Positions 26,055-32,000 of a DNA stretch of 32,000 nt are shown one piece after another (the first letter of the stretch is position 1; the number at the start of each line of letters is the position of its first letter). Made by a program: the position numbers and the translations under genes. Source of the DNA: Desulfobulbus propionicus DSM 2032 (lineage in GTDB: Bacteria > Desulfobacterota > Desulfobulbia > Desulfobulbales > Desulfobulbaceae); the NCBI RefSeq assembly GCF_000186885.1, contig NC_014972.1, positions 900,001 through 932,000 of the forward strand, written 5' to 3'. The notes beneath the pieces are model-generated. The model saw only the letters and a program-made list of their open reading frames with translations, ran no database searches and was not told where the DNA came from.

Positions 26055-26912
26055 TTACAGGGATTGGGCGCCAAAGGTATCGCAGCTGGACACCGTTCCC
26101 GTCTGGTAGCCCCGATGGAACCAACGCACCCGCTGGGCGGACGTTCCATGGGTGAAGGAATCAGGGGTGACGTATCCCCGGTGTTGTTGCTGCAAACGGT
26201 CATCGCCGATCTGGCTGGCGGCGTTGAGGGCTTCCTCGATATCGCCCGGCTCCACCACCTGCCTGACCCTGTCCGCATGATGCGCCCAAATGCCGGCAAA
26301 GCAATCCGCCTGCAGTTCCATTTTCACCATCAGCCTGTTGTACTCGACCTCGGCCACCTGTTGGCGTAGCGCCTGGACCTTGTTGGCTATTCCGAGCAGG
26401 TTCTGCACGTGATGCCCCACCTCGTGGGCAATGACATAGGCCTGGGCAAAATCGCCGGGAGCGTTCATCTGCTGTTTCAGGTCGTGGTAGAAAGAGAGGT
26501 CGATATAGACCTTGGAGTCCGCCGAACAGTAGAAGGGACCCATGGCCGCCTGGGCAAACCCGCAGGCCGAGTGGACCGCACCGCTGAACAGCACTAGGGT
26601 CGGTTCGGCGTATTCCCTGCCGCCGGAGCGGAAAATCTGGTGCCAGGTATCCTCGGTGTCCGCCAGGACCACGGAGACAAAATCGGCCAACTGCTGTTCT
26701 TCCTGGGAATAAGGAGATTTTTCGAGGCGTCCCGGCTGACTGACCTGGGACGTCTCGCCCATGTTGAGGATGAGCGAGGGATCGATGCCGAAATACATGG
26801 CCACCAGGGCGAGGAGAAGAATGCCGAAGCCGCCGCCCTTGACCTTTCCCGGAATCCGGACCCTGCGTTGATCCTCCACGTTGCTTGATCTCCGTCCGTC
26901 ACGCCATAACAT
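26055..26912 (-). CDS. ypfJ: YpfJ-family putative neutral zinc metallopeptidase
   Basis: The N-terminus MLWRDGRRSSNVEDQRR is followed by one hydrophobic segment. An HEVGHH zinc motif and the overall layout match E. coli YpfJ as recalled. Confidence 0.85.
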   Translation of the reverse strand: MLWRDGRRSSNVEDQRRVRIPGKVKGGGFGILLLALVAMYFGIDPSLILNMGETSQVSQPGRLEKSPYSQEEQQLADFVSVVLADTEDTWHQIFRSGGREYAEPTLVLFSGAVHSACGFAQAAMGPFYCSADSKVYIDLSFYHDLKQQMNAPGDFAQAYVIAHEVGHHVQNLLGIANKVQALRQQVAEVEYNRLMVKMELQADCFAGIWAHHADRVRQVVEPGDIEEALNAASQIGDDRLQQQHRGYVTPDSFTHGTSAQRVRWFHRGYQTGTVSSCDTFGAQSL

Positions 26913-27055
26913 GTCTGTCCCTCCCCTTGATTGGTTGAGCTTGCCGATCTTCGGCCCCGTGTGCTGATAGGTTCCGGTGTCCGGAGTTCACGGGGCATCT
27001 TGGGTCGTCGCGGTTGGCGACGTTCCCTGAACGTCACCTTTGCTTCTCTGTATCG

Positions 27056-27093
27056 AAAGAAAAATCGTGCCCGTTCCTCGTTGCGAGCGGGCA
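27056..27093 (-). terminator. Rho-independent terminator candidate after the RND efflux operon
   Basis: The minus strand reads TGCCCG-CTCG-CAA-CGAG-GAA-CGGGCA followed by CGATTTTTCTTTC. It begins about 35 nt after the RND stop codon. Confidence 0.5.
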
Positions 27094-27128
27094 TTGTTCG
27101 CGCCGACATTTCAAGGGATGCGGGCTTG

Positions 27129-30100
27129 TCATCGCTGTCTGGCCCTGACCAGATAATACAGGACCGGCACCGCCATCCGGCTGATGAGCAATGAAGCGAT
27201 TTCACCGAACATCAGGGAGATGGCCAGGCCCTGGAAAATCGGGTCGGCAAGAATGACCGAAGCGCCGACCACCACTGCCAGCGCGGTCAGCAGCATCGGC
27301 CGGAAACGGATGGCCCCGGCCTCGACCACCGCCTCGGCGAGCGAGAGACCGTGGCTGAGGCGCAGTTCGATGAAATCCACCAGGATGATCGAGTTGCGGA
27401 CCACGATGCCTGCTCCGGCCATGAAGCCGATCATCGAGGTGGCGGTGAAAAAGCCGTTCAGCGCCCAATGGGCGGGCAGGATGCCGATCAGCGAGAACGG
27501 GATGGCGGCCATCACCACCAGCGGGGTGACGTAGTCCTTGAACCAGCCGACCATCAGCATGTAGATCAGCACCATGACCACGCAGAAGGCTAGTCCCAGA
27601 TCGCGGAAGACCTCCAGGGTGATGTGCCACTCGCCGTCCCATTTCATCGCCGGCTGGTTTTCCAGAAAAGGTTGGTTGAGGTTGTACACGGTCACCGGTC
27701 CGGCCTGGCCGCCGAAGTCGGCCGCATCCAGTTGCTTGAGCCGCTGGTTCATCTGCAGAATCGGGTATACCGGGCTTTCCGCCGCGCCGGCGACGTCGCC
27801 GGTGACGTAGACCACCGGTTTGAGATTCTTGCGGTAGATCGGCTGATCAACCGGCTGCTCGCTGACCCGCACCAGTTCGCGCAGGGGCACCAGCGGCGCC
27901 TGGGGCTGGGTCGCCGGCCGCAGGGAGATGTTGAGCAGGTTGTCGATCCGGGCCCGCTGTGCTTGCGGCAGCTGCACCACGATATCGATCTCCTCCTTGT
28001 CGCGGGGCTGGTGAAACAGGTCGAGGGAACGGCCGGACAAGCCCATCTCCACCGCCTGGGCGATTTCAGCCTCGGACAGGCCGTTGAGCGCGGCCTTTTC
28101 CTTGTCCACCTTCAGCACCAGCTTGGATCGTTCCTGCTCGCGGTACCAATCGATATCCACCACACCGTCGGTGGTGGCAAAAATATTCTTGACTTCGTTG
28201 GCCAGTCGTACCCGGCTGCACTCATCCGGACCGTAGATTTCGGCCACCAGGGTTTGCAGCACCGGCGGACCGGGCGGTACTTCGGCCACCGCCACGGCTG
28301 CCCCGTAGTGGGCCGCGATCCGCGCGATTTCCGGCCGCACCCGTTTGGCGATGTCGTGGCTCTGACTGTCGCGGTCCGCCTTGGGACGGAGGTTGATCTG
28401 GACATCGGCCACGGTCGGGCCGGAACGCATGAAGTAGTGGCGGACCAAGCCGTTGAAATTGTAGGGAGAGGCCGTGCCGGCATAAATCTGGTAATTGACC
28501 ACCTCGGGCTCGCGGCCGGCCGCCTCGGCCATTTTCATGGCTACGTGAGCGGTCTGTTCCAGGGTCGACCCCTCGGGCATGTCGAGAATGATTTGAAATT
28601 CCGACTTGTTGTCAAAAGGCAGCATTTTCACCTTGACCTTGCCCAGGTACACCAGGGAACAGGAGGCGAGCAACAGCATCACGATCAGGGCGAAAAATCC
28701 CAGCCGCCAGGCGGCATGGGCCAGGAGCGGGTCCATGATCCGGTGATAGAGGCGGGTGAACCAATCGTCCGGGGCGTGGTCCGGATCGTGGCCAGCCTCG
28801 TTGCCGGCTCCTTTGGGCGGGCGCAGGATGCGGATGGCCGCCCAGGGGGTGACGGTGAAGGCGATGGCCAGGGAAAAGACCATGGCCGCCGAGGCGCCGA
28901 TCGGGATGGGCCGCATGTAGGGACCCATCAAGCCGCCGACAAAGGCCATGGGCAATATGGCGGCGATCACCGCCCAGGTAGCGAGAATGGTGGGGTTGCC
29001 GACCTCGATCACCGCCGCCACGGCAATGTCCTTGAGGGAGGCGCGCTGGCTGGCTGGCAGCCGCAGATGGCGGACGATATTCTCGACCACCACGATGGCG
29101 TCATCCACCAGGATGCCGATGGAGAAGATCAGGGCGAACAGGGTGATGCGGTTGAGGGTGTAGCCGTACAGGTAGAACAGGAGCAGGGTCAGCGACAGGG
29201 TCGAGGGAATAGCGAGGAGGACAATGATCGATTCGCGCCAGCCAAGGAAAAACAGGATGAGCAGGGCCACGCCGAAGACCGCGATGCCCATGTGGAGCAG
29301 CAGTTCATTGGATTTTTCGGCCGCAGTCTCGCCGTAGTCGCGGGTGACGGTTACCGAAACCTCGGGTGGGATGAGCGTGCCCTTGAGGCTGTCCACCTTG
29401 CGCAGCACCGTCTCCACCACGTGGACCGCATTGGCGCCGGGCCGCTTGGCCACCGACAGGGTGACCGCCGCTTCGGGATCGCCGTCCTGCCTGCCGAACA
29501 GCACGTAGGATTGGGGCTCCTCCGGGCCGTCGATGACCGTTGCGACCTCGTGCAGATAGACGGGCCGGCCGCCGTGGACCCCGACCACGATCCGCCCGGC
29601 CTCCTCGGCGGAATCAAGGAAGGTGCCGGTCTGCAGCAGCACCTCGTTGTTCAGGGCGCGCAGGGTGCCGGACTGGGATTGCCGGTTGGCCTGCTGCAGG
29701 CGCTGAACCAGATCCCCGGGACTGAGGTCGCGGGCCGCCAGCAACAGGGGATCGAATTGCACCCGCAGTTGTCTGCGGGTACCGCCGATCAGCCGGGTTT
29801 CCGCCACCTCGAAGATCGATTTGATGGCATCATCGACCTCGGCGGCCAGACGGCGCAGGGTGAAATGATCGGAGGTGGTGGAATGGAAGGTCAGGGCCAG
29901 GATCGGCACATCGTCAATGGAGTGCGGTTTGATCAGCGGCAGGGATACCCCGTGGGGGATGCGGTCGAAGTTGGTCTGCAGCTTCTGGTTGAGACTGACG
30001 ATCGCTTTCTCGAAATCCTCGCCCACGTAGAAACGGGCGATCAGCAGGCACTGGCCGGGCATGGAGGTGGAGTAGATGTACTCGACGCCGGGCAGTTCAT

Positions 30101-30344
30101 AGAGCAACTTCTCCATGGGGACGGCCAAGCGCTGCTCGACTTCCTTGGCGGTGGCGCCGGGCATGGAGACCATCACGTCGATCATCGGTACCTTGATCTG
30201 CGGCTCCTCCTCGCGCGGCAGCAGGGAAAGGGCCAGCAAGCCCAGCAGCAGCGAGGCGATCAACCCGATTGGGGTCAACTTGGAACCGACAAAGGCCGCG
30301 GCCAGCCGTCCGGCAAAACCAGGATGGGTCGAGTTGCCGCTCAT
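27129..30344 (-). CDS. RND-family efflux transporter, inner-membrane permease subunit (AcrB/CzcA superfamily)
   Basis: 1071 aa. Two large hydrophilic loops each follow a hydrophobic helix, with clusters of TM helices in between. Conserved RND stretches are present ([15 protein letters not shown]; [14 protein letters not shown]). It follows an adaptor gene with a 4-nt overlap. Confidence 0.9.
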   Translation of the reverse strand: MSGNSTHPGFAGRLAAAFVGSKLTPIGLIASLLLGLLALSLLPREEEPQIKVPMIDVMVSMPGATAKEVEQRLAVPMEKLLYELPGVEYIYSTSMPGQCLLIARFYVGEDFEKAIVSLNQKLQTNFDRIPHGVSLPLIKPHSIDDVPILALTFHSTTSDHFTLRRLAAEVDDAIKSIFEVAETRLIGGTRRQLRVQFDPLLLAARDLSPGDLVQRLQQANRQSQSGTLRALNNEVLLQTGTFLDSAEEAGRIVVGVHGGRPVYLHEVATVIDGPEEPQSYVLFGRQDGDPEAAVTLSVAKRPGANAVHVVETVLRKVDSLKGTLIPPEVSVTVTRDYGETAAEKSNELLLHMGIAVFGVALLILFFLGWRESIIVLLAIPSTLSLTLLLFYLYGYTLNRITLFALIFSIGILVDDAIVVVENIVRHLRLPASQRASLKDIAVAAVIEVGNPTILATWAVIAAILPMAFVGGLMGPYMRPIPIGASAAMVFSLAIAFTVTPWAAIRILRPPKGAGNEAGHDPDHAPDDWFTRLYHRIMDPLLAHAAWRLGFFALIVMLLLASCSLVYLGKVKVKMLPFDNKSEFQIILDMPEGSTLEQTAHVAMKMAEAAGREPEVVNYQIYAGTASPYNFNGLVRHYFMRSGPTVADVQINLRPKADRDSQSHDIAKRVRPEIARIAAHYGAAVAVAEVPPGPPVLQTLVAEIYGPDECSRVRLANEVKNIFATTDGVVDIDWYREQERSKLVLKVDKEKAALNGLSEAEIAQAVEMGLSGRSLDLFHQPRDKEEIDIVVQLPQAQRARIDNLLNISLRPATQPQAPLVPLRELVRVSEQPVDQPIYRKNLKPVVYVTGDVAGAAESPVYPILQMNQRLKQLDAADFGGQAGPVTVYNLNQPFLENQPAMKWDGEWHITLEVFRDLGLAFCVVMVLIYMLMVGWFKDYVTPLVVMAAIPFSLIGILPAHWALNGFFTATSMIGFMAGAGIVVRNSIILVDFIELRLSHGLSLAEAVVEAGAIRFRPMLLTALAVVVGASVILADPIFQGLAISLMFGEIASLLISRMAVPVLYYLVRARQR

Positions 30345-31375
30345 GGCTGAACCTGCAATGCCTGACCATGGACCAGCAGGCGGTTGTTGGTGGTGACCAC
30401 GGTTTCGTCGGGCGCCAAGCCGGCGAGAATCTCGACCATGCCATCATGGCTGGCGCCAACCCTGACCAGACGGAGCTGGGCACGTGCGTTCTCGACCACG
30501 AACACACGGTCCATCTGTCCGGACGGGACAAGGGCGCTGGCCGGCACCAGCAGGGATGGGGTTCTGGTGCCGGGCAGGAGAACTCGAGCGAACTGCCCGG
30601 TGCGCAGGTCGGGATGGGCGGGCAAATCAATGATCACCGGGGCGGTCCGTGAATCCGGATCAGCCGCCGGCGCTACCTCGGCCACCGTGCCTTGGACCGT
30701 CACCCCAGCCGCCGGAATCCTGACAGTGAGGACATCACCGGGCCGGATCTGCAGGACCAAACTTTCCGGAACCGCCGTGCGCACCTGTAGCAGGCGGTTG
30801 TTTTCCAGCTGGAGAAGCGCGGTTCCGGGTGTGGCCAGATCGCCGCTGTGCGCATGCTTGCGGGTCACCACGCCGTCAAAGGGGGCGGTGAGGGTGGTGT
30901 AGCCGAGCATGGTCTTGGCCTCGCGGTATCCGGCTTGGGCGATGTTGTACTGATCGGTCATCGCCTTGACCATGTCCGGCGTGGCGGCATTTTTTGCCAG
31001 CAGGTTCTGTTCCCGTTCCAGATTGCGGCGGGCCTGCGCCAGCTGGGCCTCCGCCTGGTTGAGCCGCGCGGTGATCTCCTCGGCGCTGATCGCCACCAAC
31101 AGTTCTCCAGCCTTGACCGTGGAGCCGAGCACCACCGGCATGCGGGTGATCACGCCGGTGATCTTGGCGGCGATGGAGGCACGCTCGGCCGCCTGCAGGG
31201 TCCCGGCCAGCTCGATGAGGGCCGCCACCTCGCCTGTCCGCACCTTGGTTACGGTCACCGGTACCGCGGGTGTTGCGGGTGGCGGCGCGCTCGCAGCCGA
31301 ACCGGGGACGAGGAACAGGATGGCGATGATCAGCGCAAGCAGGCGGATCTGCAAAGGAGGCATGACACGGGACAT
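30341..31375 (-). CDS. RND efflux periplasmic adaptor (membrane-fusion protein)
   Basis: Signal-like N-terminus ([19 protein letters not shown]). A coiled-coil hairpin ([24 protein letters not shown]) is flanked by lipoyl and beta-barrel-like segments. Its stop overlaps the RND start. Confidence 0.85.
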   Translation of the reverse strand: MSRVMPPLQIRLLALIIAILFLVPGSAASAPPPATPAVPVTVTKVRTGEVAALIELAGTLQAAERASIAAKITGVITRMPVVLGSTVKAGELLVAISAEEITARLNQAEAQLAQARRNLEREQNLLAKNAATPDMVKAMTDQYNIAQAGYREAKTMLGYTTLTAPFDGVVTRKHAHSGDLATPGTALLQLENNRLLQVRTAVPESLVLQIRPGDVLTVRIPAAGVTVQGTVAEVAPAADPDSRTAPVIIDLPAHPDLRTGQFARVLLPGTRTPSLLVPASALVPSGQMDRVFVVENARAQLRLVRVGASHDGMVEILAGLAPDETVVTTNNRLLVHGQALQVQP

Positions 31376-31377
31376 GG

Positions 31378-32000
31378 TTATTTCCCCTGATTGAATTGGC
31401 TCAGGCCGACCGCGCGGCGGAGATCGGCTATGGCGATTGCATGGGCGGCGGTGGCCAAGGTATGGCTCAGGCGGGCATCGGTGAGACGGTTTTCGGTGTC
31501 GATCAGCTCCGAGGAAAGGACCACTCCTTCCTTGAAGCGCAGGCGGGACAAACGGGCGCTTTCCTCGGCTGATTCCACCATCTTGCCGGTGACCGCGAGC
31601 CGTTCGGTTTCCTGCTGCAGGGCGAGCGCCGCCTGCTCCACCTCCAGATTGAGGGCGAGTTCCAGCTTGTGTTGCTGCTCCTTGGCCTCGCGCAGTTGGG
31701 CATCAGCCCGTTCGGTGGCGGCGCTGGTCTGCCCGCCGTTGAATAGGGTGTAGTTGAGGCGGACGCCCGTGGTCCAGGAGTTGCCGGAACCGTCGTCCAA
31801 TTCCGTGCCCTTGTCGACCTGGTAGCTGCCAAAGGCATCGGCGGTGGGGTAATAGCCGGCGCGGGCTTGACGCGCCTGGGCCTCCCGAGCTTTGACCAGG
31901 GCGGCCATGGCGGTCAGTTCCGGGCGGTTGTGGGGATCGCGCTCCCCCGGAATCTCCTGGGCTGGTGTGGCGGAGGGGTCGAGGGTCACGGTCTCGCCCG
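31378..32000 (-). CDS. Outer-membrane efflux protein (TolC/OMF family), C-terminal part; 5' end outside the window
   Basis: The frame is open to the window edge. OEP-repeat features are present (YYPTADAFGSYQ, LNYTLFNGGQTSA, long coiled helices, LRRAVG near the C-terminus). The stop lies 2 nt before the adaptor ATG. Confidence 0.8.
   Translation of the reverse strand, partial: GETVTLDPSATPAQEIPGERDPHNRPELTAMAALVKAREAQARQARAGYYPTADAFGSYQVDKGTELDDGSGNSWTTGVRLNYTLFNGGQTSAATERADAQLREAKEQQHKLELALNLEVEQAALALQQETERLAVTGKMVESAEESARLSRLRFKEGVVLSSELIDTENRLTDARLSHTLATAAHAIAIADLRRAVGLSQFNQGK

Noticed and set aside
1-32000. A search by eye for tRNA or rRNA genes, transposase or integrase genes, inverted terminal repeats, phage genes, toxin-antitoxin pairs and known defence-system hallmarks.
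   Set aside because: Nothing recognisable was found. The unusual content of the window is signalling and chemosensory rather than mobile or defence related. A proper HMM scan (for example DefenseFinder, ISEScan, tRNAscan-SE) would be needed to exclude them formally.

Overview
GC-rich bacterial chromosomal segment. The gene content (many sigma-54 and PAS signalling proteins, AHDFNNLL-type H-boxes) looks Desulfobacterota/Geobacter-like, but that is inference only. No tRNA, rRNA, CRISPR array or mobile element was recognised.

Layout:
- 1-13.3 kb, housekeeping: uppS(partial)-cdsA-dxr-rseP-tsaB-ispG-proS, a long RelA/SpoT homologue, a zinc-ribbon Smr protein and rph on the plus strand. rlmKL and a YfcD-like NUDIX gene lie on the minus strand.
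- 13.6-26 kb, a co-directional signalling island and the most unusual part of the window:
  - a HisKA(DHp)-receiver protein with no ATPase domain;
  - a REC-AAA+-HTH sigma-54 activator;
  - a well-matched sigma-54 -24/-12 promoter with an upstream nested palindrome;
  - a tightly packed gene string: small unknown protein, a triple-CheW protein, and a soluble 908-aa chemoreceptor whose sensor is five Cys4/His PAS-like modules (four form an exact 366-bp tandem repeat);
  - an overlapping GNAT acetyltransferase / HDAC-family deacetylase pair, a YkgJ Cys-cluster protein, an iron alcohol dehydrogenase and a PAS hybrid histidine kinase.
  No CheA, CheY, CheB or CheR is present in the window.
- 26-32 kb, minus strand: a YpfJ-type zinc metallopeptidase and an OMF-MFP-RND efflux operon that runs off the window edge.

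Method: all calls rest on reading the supplied translations and the DNA by eye. No database search was run. Many long antisense ORFs in the track are GC-driven shadow ORFs and were rejected.
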